From Octopus sinensis (lineage: Eukaryota): a DNA stretch of 26,664 nucleotides. The stretch is taken from NCBI RefSeq assembly GCF_006345805.1, contig NW_021837006.1:1-26664 (forward strand), in the 5' to 3' direction. This document shows, piece after piece, positions 1 through 9,528 of this stretch. The first letter of the stretch is position 1. The number at the start of each line of letters is the position of its first letter. The position numbers and the translations under genes are program-made. The notes beneath the pieces are model-generated. The model was not told where the DNA came from and made no database searches. It saw only the letters and a list, made by a program, of their open reading frames with translations.

Positions 1-118
1 AGACTTAACATATATATGCATACAGATGCATATATGAATATGTGTGTGTATATATATATAAATATATATATATAGATATATATATATTTATATTTATATA
101 TATATATATTTAATATAT

Positions 119-151
<33 letters not shown>

Positions 152-470
152 AATATATTATATATATATATAAATTATATATATAATATAATATATATAT
201 ATATATATAATAAATATATATATATATAGTGTGTGTGTGTGTGGTACATATAATGTATGCATGTGTGTATGCATATATTTATGTAAATTTGTATGTATTT
301 ACATATTGGTGTATGCACACACACATACATACATACATTCATGTATGTATGGAGGCTGTATCTTATCTCATATTTTGCCTTGTTCTTATTTCTCTTTTAA
401 TTTCTCTTTTAAGAAAAGATTGAATAGTCAACCTCAGTGAATGTGTGTATAATATATAAACATACATATG

Positions 471-503
<33 letters not shown>

Positions 504-520
504 GGACAGACAAAACAGAT
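1..520. repeat. Compound (TA)n/(TG)n/(TACA)n microsatellite field
   Basis: Direct reading of the sequence. ORFs 229-423 and 231-440 are read-throughs of these repeats. Confidence 0.95.
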
Positions 521-899
521 AAATCTATGTATATATGTATAAAACTGACTTTCTGAACAACTCAGGCGCACTCACACACACATTCATGCTACAATACACA
601 TATATTTATACACACCCGCATGCATGTAATAATTGCTTGCCTTCCCTCACAAACAAAACAGAATTAAAAATCAACAAGAACAAAGAAAACATGTAGAGAC
701 TCACATACAAAGAGCCCCACCCTCCCACACACGTTTTTACTTACATTCTTCTCCCTTCCCGCCTCCCCACGACAGGCACATCCTTATATGTGTTCTTGCA
801 TCACCTCTGATAAGATTCTTCCCTGTGAGGAGTATTCTGGAAGTAGCTGACCGTCTGATTGACTGACCGGGCAGTCGACCTCATTGGGTTTGGCTGTAT

Positions 900-1589
900 T
901 TGTGGACCCTGTGGATGGACAGTAATGTGTACCCAAGGGTACAGTACATTGCAGTATTGTGCTGTGTATACAATGTAATTGAAATACGGTGAAAAGAACT
1001 GCTGTGGCGCAGTTAGAATGCAATTTGGAACATTGTACATTGTTTTACTTTATGAAATGACGCAGATGCAACACTGCAGGGTTTTTTAATGGAGTGCAAT
1101 ATATTACACTGCATATTGTCGGTGCATTATATATATTGCATTGTTGGAACAATACAGTGCTATACTACAGAGAAATTAAGCGTATTGCAGTATAGTGTTA
1201 ATAATGCTGTGGTTTTTTTCAAGGGTGTCTGTTACAGAGAAGAGTTGCATTATGAGGCAACACAGAACATTGCATACTATAAATAGAAAGGAAAGTGTAG
1301 ATCATTTTGCATTGCACATTGGTGGTGCATTTTATAGGTATACTATATTGTTGGAACATTGCAACAGTACTTTACTTTGGATTAAAGCAGAGTGGTGCAA
1401 CAAGGAGTTTATCGTATTGCATCTTTTCAAGGAAATATGTTGCAGTAAATATTTGTGGTTTTATTTTGTTTCAATGCAGAGCATTGCACAGTTAAATACA
1501 TATAACTTTTAAAATACTGCAGTATTGATACTGCAGCTTTGTCAGGGTGAAGTATACTGCCGTGCACATTTGTGGTGCATTTCATATAT

Positions 1590-1620
<31 letters not shown>

Positions 1621-2375
1621 GCTGCTGTACAGTGTTGCAGTGTGGAGTTTATAACTATCTTTTCTCAAGGGAGTACATTGCAGTGAACAGTTGTGGTTGT
1701 TTTACGAGCGAATGCATAATGCATTGCATACTAAAGAACTGATGAATTTACAGTGATGCAGTATTGATGCTGCAGTTTTGATGTTGTACATTGTTGTTAA
1801 GACTTGTGGTGTATTATATATGACAGTTGCATGCTGCAATGTGGAATGGACTTGTTGAAAATGGTGCAATATTTTGTTGTAGATTGCAATGTGGTGCAAT
1901 AATATAGTGAAGTGTAACATCACAGTTGGGTTGCAGTTGGTTAAATTTTGCAGTGTGCAGTATGGTGAAATATACAATGCTGTTTCAGTATAATGAATTA
2001 TACAGTGCATTGCAGCGCAGAGGAAAATACAATGAAATGTAAAGATGCACTTTTGCAAAAATACACAGCAAAGTCCAGTTTTGTGAAATTTACTGCAGAA
2101 TATAATAAAAATGCATTGTGTTTTGGTGGTGAGAATATACAGTTCAATGTGTGGCGCAGTTTGGTGAGGAATAATACAGAATTCTACAGCAAAAAGCTGT
2201 GATCGTATGGTGAAATGTGCAATGCAGTTTGGTGAAATATACAGTACAAAGCAGTGCAGAAACGATAAGAGGAAACTGTGCAGTGCCACTTAATACAGAA
2301 CGATCAGATGTGAACTGGAATTGCAGTACAGTATTATTTGGACTGGTACTGTACTGTACATTGCAGTACAATTCT
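900..2375. repeat. Degenerate ~5-bp-periodic cryptic satellite (TTGCA/GTACA/CAGTG/TGGTG-type pentamers), interrupted by (TA)n near 1585-1620
   Basis: Runs such as ttgca-gtaca-gtatt-atttg-gactg-gtact-gtact-gtaca-ttgca-gtaca (2320-2370). Longer recurring words include ggtgaaatataca (~1964, ~2231) and cacatt(g/t)gtggtgcatt (~1315, ~1566). Confidence 0.7.
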
Positions 2376-2411
2376 AAAAACATATAAAAGTGTGTAGATG
2401 TGAGTGTGTAT

Positions 2412-2459
<48 letters not shown>

Positions 2460-3039
2460 GTGTGTGTTTTGTGTGTGTGCTGCTACAAGTGACTACTAAA
2501 GTACTTGTGTGTTTATTTTTTTTTTTTGTTTTATTTGGGTTTTTTTTTCGGAAATCTGGAAAAGCTGAAGGCAAATCTAAACAGCAAATATCAACAAATA
2601 AGAAAAGTTTAGAGAAGAAAAAGATGGGAGTGAGATGATGGAGAAAAAAAAAAAAAATCAATCACTCCAATTTTTTTTTTTTTTTTTTTTTTTTTTGAAT
2701 TTGAAAGAAAAATGAAATTAAAATTACCGATGAAAAATCATCAAAAGAAAATTTTGAAGACAGATTTGTGAAAATAAAGGATAAAGTGGAGAAATGAGCA
2801 GAAAAAAATAAAGAAAGAAGAAAAGTATTTTGTGGCAAACAATGGAACTAAAGAAATGTCTGACACTAATAATAATAAAATAATATGATAATAAAAGTAA
2901 TGGAAATTATGACATTTCCACAAATTGGTGTGTAAAGTTTGATAAGAAAAATTGATGTACTTTGAAGGGTTACCTCCCGCCCACCCCTCCCCCACAGTAT
3001 TTTTGTGTGACAAAAAAAAAACAGTTTAATATTATTAAT

Positions 3040-3105
3040 AATGGTGACGACGACGATGATGACAATGATGATAATAATAATGATAATGAAAATAACGATG
3101 ATGTT
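3040..3105. repeat. (GAT/GAC/AAT)n trinucleotide low-complexity tract
   Basis: gacgacgacgatgatgacaatgatgataataataatgataat. Confidence 0.85.
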
Positions 3106-3369
3106 CGAATTGCAGACACATTTGATTTGGATATAAAATAAAAATTTAACCCCCCCACCCACAAAAAAATGGATTTTATGTATTAAATGACACGATCTGC
3201 ATGAATGCATATGTGTGTGTGCATATGTGTGTATGTGCATATATGTGCATGTGTATAAATATAATAAATATATACCTGCACATTATATATACATATATGT
3301 ATGTATATGTGTGTAAATATATATATATATATATATATAAATATATATATATATACATACACACTCTTC

Positions 3370-3805
3370 ATCATGTGACTTCAAGATGCATTTCATGACG
3401 CCTCACCAAGAATATGTGTCCTCCATTTCCTTTGGTAATTCCTCAGTTTCAGGTTCTATGTTCCTGCCAATGACATCAATGTAGTGGAGGCATCTTCATC
3501 TTGTATTAAGGGTTTAGAAGTTTCCAGAATACAGCATCCAAATATGACCTAGTTTACAGCATGATAGCAGTGGCCAGCAAAGCCTACCCTACATTGTCGG
3601 GTGGATTGCGTCCATAAAACCTCTGCTTTGATCTTGTGTTCGTGCCACCAAAATATTTGGAATCAGCCTGAGAAGTCTATCTGCATACCATCGAAGCCAT
3701 CTTGAATCCTTAGAGAACAACTTCCAGCACCATGGAGATGAATGCTCTCTACATATGCCCTGAAGAATGCTAACCTCGCTGGCTTTGAAATGCTTGATTG
3801 CCAGG
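3370..3805 (-). mobile_element. Degenerate RTE-clade LINE ORF2 C-terminal fragment
   Basis: Minus-strand frameshifted translation gives FRAYVESIHLHGAGSCSL...DG...LR...RVGFAGHCYHA...FW...HYIDVIGRN. This matches the RTE-type post-RT pattern F.A.VESVLLYG.E.WTL...LDG...LR...RL.FAGHC...LW...YID.L..D. Confidence 0.7.
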
Positions 3806-4348
3806 ATGTATGTATATATATATGCACATGCATGTGTATATATCACACATGCACTCATATGCCTGTATAATGTGTCTGTATATGTGTGTGTGTATATGTG
3901 AGAGAGAGAGAGAAAATTTGAACTGAAGTGTGTATATACTTATATATACCTATATAAAATATATACCAGTCGGTAAATATTCTTTATGAAATAACAGTTT
4001 TCAAACAATTCCTGTAAAATAGGACACACATTAAGATATATGAATTTTCTCTTCTTCAAGCCGCCCCATACCCCGCGCCTCTCAACATTTCCTTCCACCA
4101 CCCTACCACCCCCACGCCAGACCATATAATTAAGAAAAAAGATAATACTATTACTAATAATAATAATAATAATAAAATGGTCTTTTCAATGATTTTTTCT
4201 TGTATTTGTTATGATGTGTTTTCTCATTTTTTCCTTATTTTCTGTCACCATTTTTCATCAAATTCTTTAGGATTCTTCCAGACTGATTAGTAATTTATCC
4301 TGCAGAAACATATCTGGGTGTGTATGTATGTATGTATGTATATATGTG

Positions 4349-4489
4349 TGGATCAAAACAGTTTGATTCGAACTCCTTGGTACTCTGAGTTTCAAGCGTG
4401 ACGCTAATCTTTGGCTCTAACCACCGAAGATTAGCATCATGCTTGAATCTCAGAGTACCAAAGAGTTCGAATCAAACTGTTTTGATCCA
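4349..4489. repeat. 141-bp palindrome (66-bp arms, 61/66 identity, 9-nt spacer) made of two inverted hammerhead-like modules
   Basis: Arm 4349-4414 is the reverse complement of 4424-4489 with 5 mismatches. The + arm reads CCGAAGA-tt-agca.tca.tgct-t-GAAT-C-TCAGA-GTA-ccaaag. The - arm reads CCAAAGA-tt-agcg.tca.cgct-t-GAAA-C-TCAGA-GTA-ccaagg. Confidence 0.9.
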
Positions 4490-4517
4490 TATATGTAACT
4501 CATTTGTCTACTCACTC

Positions 4518-4549
<32 letters not shown>

Positions 4550-4876
4550 ATAGTTTGAGTACTCCTGATGAAAACTCATATCATTATACACACAGTCACA
4601 CACACACAAAGACAATTAAAATAAATATAGAGATTAGTTCATCTGCTTATACACTTAGTAAAATATTCATAATCCAGAGAAGCGAAACCAGGATTTATCC
4701 ATCGGATTAATTACAGTGGAATGGTTCGCCCTAAGTAATCTTAGGTTCTCTTTACAACTTGATGCAGTTAGCCTGTACCCGGATTATAACTGAGTACTTC
4801 TACTGTACCCTCCTGGATAATTTATCCTTGTCTGCTCATCATATATAAATGACAAGGGAACAACGCAATCAACTTA

Positions 4877-5031
4877 ACAGCTGTTTCTGTTATGTGAAGC
4901 AATACTCTAAGAGCTGAGTGTTGTTGCAACATACAATAGTTTTCTCAAAGCCACTAATGGCTCCATGGAAGCTATATGTTGCACAAACACTAAGCTCTGA
5001 GTGCACTGCATGTGATAGCAGAAACAGCTGT
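4877..5031. repeat. Older imperfect palindrome (~155 bp) ending in GAAAC-AGCT-GT(A/T) on both strands
   Basis: Left acagctgtttctgttat...tactctaagagctgagtgttgttgcaacata aligns with the reverse complement of the right arm, acagctgtttctgctat...cactcagagcttagtgtttgtgcaacata. Confidence 0.75.
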
Positions 5032-5054
5032 AAACGAAAATCATATATACATAT

Positions 5055-5430
5055 ATTCTTGTTTCAGTCATTTGACTTCGGCCTTACTAGAACATCCGCC
5101 TTTAATTAAATAAATCGACCCCAGGACTTATTCTTTGTAAGCCTTGTACCTATTCTATCGGTTCCTATTGCCGAACCACTAGATAACGGGAACGTGCTCA
5201 TACCAACAGTTGCCAAGTGGTGGTAGGAGACAAATATAGACACAAATACATGCATATATATATATATATATATGACAGGCATTTTTAAGTTTCCGTCTAC
5301 CAAACCCACTCACAAGGTTTGGGTCTGCCCGAGGCTATAGTAGAATACACTTGCCCAAGGTGCATCACAGTAGAATTGAACCCAGAACCATGTTGTTGGG
5401 AAGCAAGCTTCTTACCACACAGCCACTTCT
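5055..5430 (-). mobile_element. tRNA-derived SINE, family A (octopus-type), near full length
   Basis: Minus strand has an A box (gtggctgtgtggtaag), a degenerate B box (gggttcaattct), the CORE-like ccttgggcaagtg, a central TA microsatellite and the tail ...agtcaaatgactgaaacaag. Confidence 0.9.
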
Positions 5431-5504
5431 ATATATATATATATATATATTGATTTGCCAGAAGAGATAAATTATAGTAGGACGCAATACAAATTCTTTT
5501 ATTG

Positions 5505-5888
5505 TTTTATTTCAGTCATTTCACTGCGGCCATGCTGGAGCACCGCCTTTTAGTCAAAGAAATCGACTTCAGGACTTATTCTCTGTAAGCCTGGTACTTG
5601 TTTTATCGGTCGTTTATGTCGAACCGCTAAGTTACGGGGACGCGAACATACCAACATCGGGTGTCGAACCTTAGTGATGGTGGTGGTGGGACAAACACAG
5701 ACGCAAAGATACACACACACACACATCTACGACAGGCTTCTTTCAGTTTACGTCTACCAAATCCACTCACAAGGCTTTGGTCGGACCTGAGCTTTATTAG
5801 AAGACTCTTGTCCGGGGTGCCCACGCAGTGGGACTGAACTCGGAACCATATGGTTGGGAAGGAAGCTTCTTGCCACACAGCCACGCTC
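5505..5888 (-). mobile_element. SINE family A, full length
   Basis: Same head (gtggctgtgtggcaagaag...gagttcagtccc), central CA repeat and tail ggcggtgctccagcatggccgcagtgaaatgactgaaat. Confidence 0.9.
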
Positions 5889-6212
5889 ATATGCTGGAGT
5901 ACCACCTTTAGTCGAACAAGTCGACCCCAGGACTTATTCTTTGTAAGCCTAGTACTTATCCTATCTGTCTGTTTTGCTGAACCGCTAAGTTACGGGGACG
6001 TAAACACACCTTCATCGGTTGTCAAGCGATGGTGGGGGACAAGCAGAGACACACATACACAACAGATTTCTTTCAGGTTCTGTCTACCAAATCCACACAA
6101 GGCTTTGGTTGGCCCAAGGATATAGTAGAATACACTTGCCCAAGGTGCCACACAGTGGGACTGAATCCGGAACCATGTGGTTGGTAAGCAAGCTAGTTAC
6201 CATACAGCCATG
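5889..6212 (-). mobile_element. SINE family A lacking its last ~25 nt, fused head-to-tail to the next copy
   Basis: Head ggctgtatggtaactag...ggattcagtccc. The body is collinear with the other copies and ends at ggtactccagcat. Confidence 0.9.
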
Positions 6213-6258
6213 AATGCAGAATAGTCTTTAATACATTATAAATGAAAGGCTCAGATTT

Positions 6259-6463
6259 CCAGTTCTCGTGGTTACTCATCTCCGATCGTCAGCTGGTAAA
6301 CCGTGCCTGCTTTTCTTTTGAGATACTCAATGTGTAAATGGGTTTTTGGCATACAAAATTTTGAAGAAAATGCTTACTCTTATATTCTTTTGTTTAAAAA
6401 TCTTTGTGAACGACGCGTGGGAAAACTACTCCTTCAAGCTCACGTTTTTGATTTCATTTCTGG
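6259..6463. repeat. Left arm of an old ~200-bp inverted repeat (partner 7201-7403)
   Basis: gctggtaaaccgtgcctgcttttcttttgagatactca and ttcaagctcacgtttttgatttcatttctgg match the reverse complements gctggtaaatcgagcctgcttttcgtttgaaatattca and ttcaagctcatgtttttgattttatttctgg. Confidence 0.85.
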
Positions 6464-6685
6464 TCATATAACCGTCTTGACGTTTTGAATAAAAGAACTG
6501 AACTGTTAGCGCCTTGTATGCATGCGGCTAAGTATCTTTTATGTAAATACAAACCTCCTTGAATTACGATCAGTTTCAGGAAAAAAAAATGTTTGCTTCG
6601 AAATGTTTAATATAGTTTATTGATATATGTTTTAATATATGTGGATATGTGTATATATGCATATATGAACTTACATGTGACCTTA

Positions 6686-6716
6686 TGTGCCCGTCTGCAC
6701 GGGCGCATACACAAGT
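6686..6716 (+). mobile_element. Possible Helitron-type 3' terminus (GC-rich hairpin followed by CAAG|T)
   Basis: Hairpin tgtgcccgt-ctgc-acgggcgca followed by tacacaag|t. The canonical end is CTRR|T, so there is one mismatch. Confidence 0.3.
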
Positions 6717-6802
6717 TTTTAAAAACATTAAAAGTATTGCTTTAAAATATTACTTAAACTGCAGCGCAGATTCAGGACTTCGGCTGAGTTTAAGACGTTT
6801 AT

Positions 6803-7017
6803 AATATTGATTTTTAATTTTGGCACAAGGCCAGCAATTTCGGGGTAAGAGTTTAAGTCGATTACACCGACTCCAGTGCTCAACTGGTACTTATCTTTTC
6901 GATCCCGAAAAAATGAAAGGCAAAGTCGACTTCAGCAGAATTTGAACAAAGACCGTAAAAGCGGACGGAATGCCGCCAATCATTTTTCCCGGCATGTTAA
7001 CAATTTTGCCAACTCGC
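6803..7017 (-). mobile_element. tRNA-derived SINE, family C (Deu/Nin-like central segment)
   Basis: Minus strand: gcgagttggcaaaattgttaac...gttcaaattc...gactttgcctttcat...gataagtaccagttgagcactgg...aattgctggccttgtgccaaaat. Confidence 0.8.
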
Positions 7018-7032
7018 TGTGAGAACTAATCC

Positions 7033-7192
7033 GGCGAGCTGGACAAAATGGCTAGCATCATTTCTTTCGACTTTATGTTCAGAGTTCAAATGCTGCTGGG
7101 GTCGATAAAATATGTACCAATTGAGTACTGTAGTCGACTTACCCACACCTCCGAAATTGCTGACCTTGTGCTAAAATTTAAAACCAATATTA
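7033..7192 (+). mobile_element. SINE family C with internal deletions, head-to-head with the previous copy
   Basis: ggcgagctggacaaaatggctagc...gagttcaaatg...ggtcgataaaatatgtaccaattgagtactg...aattgctgaccttgtgctaaaat. Confidence 0.8.
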
Positions 7193-7200
7193 CTTGAAAG

Positions 7201-7403
7201 CCAGAAATAAAATCAAAAACATGAGCTTGAACCAGCCGTTTTTGCAGGCACCGTTGAAAAAGGTTTTAAAACAAAGCAACATAAAGATAAGCGTTTCTTT
7301 CAAACTTTCATTTCATATTTCAAAAAAATATTCGCTCACTGAATATTTCAAACGAAAAGCAGGCTCGATTTACCAGCTTATGATAGGAAACGGGTAGGAC
7401 TGG
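7201..7403. repeat. Right arm of the old inverted repeat (partner 6259-6463)
   Basis: Reverse-complement alignment to 6259-6463, roughly 70-75% identity by eye. Confidence 0.85.
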
Positions 7404-7489
7404 CTAGCATGTATATAGATAATGAGCTATAATGATCTTTCAAATTAACATATTTAGAATACAATTAGAAAATCATAAATTTCACGTAT

Positions 7490-7625
7490 AGGTGCAGGCG
7501 TGGTTAAAGAAGCTTGTTTTCTAACTATGTGGTCTTGGGTTCAGTCACCACGGTTCACAATAGCCTCTGGCCGGCCAAAGCCTGGTGAGTGGATTGACTG
7601 GCAGAATCTGAAAGAAACCCATCAC
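7490..7625 (+). mobile_element. Degenerate 5' half of SINE family A
   Basis: aggtgcaggcgtggttaaagaagcttg...gggttcagtc...atagcctctggccggccaaagcctggtgagtggatt...ctgaaagaaacc. Confidence 0.8.
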
Positions 7626-7634
7626 ATTATGTTA

Positions 7635-8030
7635 TCAGGGACGTGCCGTCTAGGTAGGTAGTGCTTACCTTGGATAAAATAGTTCGATAACATTTTCCTT
7701 TCTTGGCAAAATATGCACCTAACTCGATAAAATTATGAAGATTACTCTGATTACTATGCATAAAATGCAAGATATTTTATCTTTTTATAGATTAGGTTGG
7801 CATAATTCGTCCCTGCATTTCAATCTCAGTATTTAAGCTATGCACAATAATGCTGTAGCACACGTGTCGCGTACATTCCTACAACAACGTTTTCTTTACG
7901 TGCTACAAAGGCAGAAGTAAATCTGCCAACAACTCAGTCACGAGCCTGTGTTTCGCGTATTTTGTGTGCATTTTCCTTCATAAAGGTCACCAAATGCCTA
8001 CCCTGAGTAATTACTGACGGCACGTACCTG

Positions 8031-8031
<1 letters not shown>
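7635..8031. mobile_element. Non-autonomous DNA transposon (MITE), ~397 bp
   Basis: Terminal inverted repeats tcagggacgtgccgtc (7635-7650) and gacggcacgtacctga (8016-8031) match at 15/16. TA flanks both ends. There is no coding capacity. Confidence 0.7.
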
Positions 8032-8061
<30 letters not shown>

Positions 8062-8391
8062 ATATATATTAGTCGAAACTTATTGAAAAACAAAAGAGGA
8101 AGACAGATGTATGAACAACATGCAGGTATATTAGATGCTTGGGGAAAATGGAAGTCTTTTACATTCCAAGCCTACGCTCTTCGACAGAAAGAAATCCGAG
8201 GAAAAAATGGGGAGAGAATGAAAGAAAACCAACAGAGAAAAGCTACATATTTATGGATATATATATGGATAGATATGGATAGATAGAGAGAGAGAGAATG
8301 AGTCAAATAAACAAAAGTGTTTGGGTTTGATATACAAAATGTATATACATGTATACATGGAAATAGAGAAAACAAAGACAATATTTTCAGA

Positions 8392-8800
8392 CGCAGGAGT
8401 GGCTACATGATAAGAAGCTTGCTTCCCAACCTTGTGGTTCCGGGTTCAGTCCCACTGCGTGGCACCTTGGGCGAGTGGCTTCTACTATAACCTCGGGCCG
8501 ATCAAAGCTTTGTGAATGGATTTGGTAGACGTAGACTGAAAGAAACACGTCGTATATATATGTATATATATATATGTGTGTGTTGTGTCTGCGTGGGTGT
8601 ATTTGTGTCTGTGTTTGTACCCCTACCATCGCTTGACGATCAACGTTAGTTTGTTTATGTCCACGTAAATTAGCGGTTCGGCAATAAAGACCGATAGAGT
8701 AAGTACTAGGCTTACAAAGAATAAGTCCTGGGGTCAATTAGTTCGACTAAAGGCGGTGCTCCAGCATGGCTACAGTCGAATGAATGAAACGATTAAGAGA
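8392..8800 (+). mobile_element. SINE family A, full length
   Basis: gacgcaggagtggctacatgataagaag...gggttcagtccc...central TA/TG repeat...ctaaaggcggtgctccagcatggctacagtcgaatgaatgaaac. Confidence 0.92.
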
Positions 8801-8942
8801 GACGAAGAATATTCAACTATACGTATGTAGTAACAGAAACTTGCACAGAACACAGACAGACTCTTCAACCAAAAACCGAAACCGTCGCTAAGTGTTTTCT
8901 ATGGATCTCGTTTGTTACTATGTATATATATAAGTGTGTATA

Positions 8943-9232
8943 GTGATGGCTCAATTGTTAGCGAGTCGCGCTTACGATCGTGAGGTTGTGAGTTTTAATC
9001 ACGGACTGGACTGCGTGTTGTGTTCTTGAGCAAGACACTTTATTTCACGTCGCTCCAGTTCACTCAGCTGTAGAAATGAGTGGCGATGTCACAGGTGCCA
9101 AGCTGTATCGACCTTTGCCTTTCCCTTGGATAACACTGGTGGCGTGGAGAGGAGAGGCCGGTATGGATGGGCGACTTCTGGTCTTCCATAAACTACCTTG
9201 CCCGGACTTGTGCCTGGGAGGGTAGCTTTCTA
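8943..9232 (+). mobile_element. tRNA-derived SINE, family B
   Basis: A box tggctcaattgttag and degenerate B box gagttttaatc. Body gtgttgtgttcttgagcaagacactttatttcacg...cactcagctgtagaaatgagt. Confidence 0.88.
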
Positions 9233-9286
9233 TCTATCTATATATATATATATAAAGAATCACTGAAATGAGTTATTTACAATCCA

Positions 9287-9352
9287 ATGTGAGACCCTTG
9301 TATGACTCTTGAGCCCGGCGAAAGAATTGCACATTCGGCTGCATATTGCATA
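9287..9352 (-). pseudogene. Relic single C2H2 zinc-finger motif, probably a LINE ORF2 C-terminus
   Basis: Minus strand translates YAICSRMCNSFAGLKSHTRVSH. This has C-x2-C-x12-H-x4-H spacing if the first codon TAT derives from TGT. Stops occur upstream in frame. Confidence 0.45.
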
Positions 9353-9528
9353 GCTGTGCAGGCTGGCAGAAGGAACAGGTGCCACAGTGTGAACTCTTTT
9401 GACATGTACTGAAAAGGCATGAACAAAGGCTCAGGCCAGTTATCATTGTAGGTAATTAGTTAAACCAATTTGAATCACGAAACTTCATCAGAGCGGAGAA
9501 GTAAATAAAATATAAGTAAAAAGCAAAA

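Noticed and set aside
1702-2289. 195-aa His/Cys-rich ORF (and neighbours at 784-2383)
   Set aside because: Lies within the pentamer-periodic satellite. No recognisable domain, and the openness is explained by composition.
2644-2696. Poly(A) and poly(T) tracts 12 nt apart
   Set aside because: Homopolymer low complexity. No retroposon body or TSD is identifiable.
4555-4585. CTGATGA followed by aaactc
   Set aside because: No stem II, GAAA-stem III or stem I partner in the correct arrangement.
7791-7820. attaggttggcataattcg resembling a mariner TIR
   Set aside because: No partner TIR or transposase, and it lies inside the 7635-8031 MITE.
9470-9495. Minus-strand CTGATGAAG
   Set aside because: No downstream stem II, GAAA or NUH arrangement.
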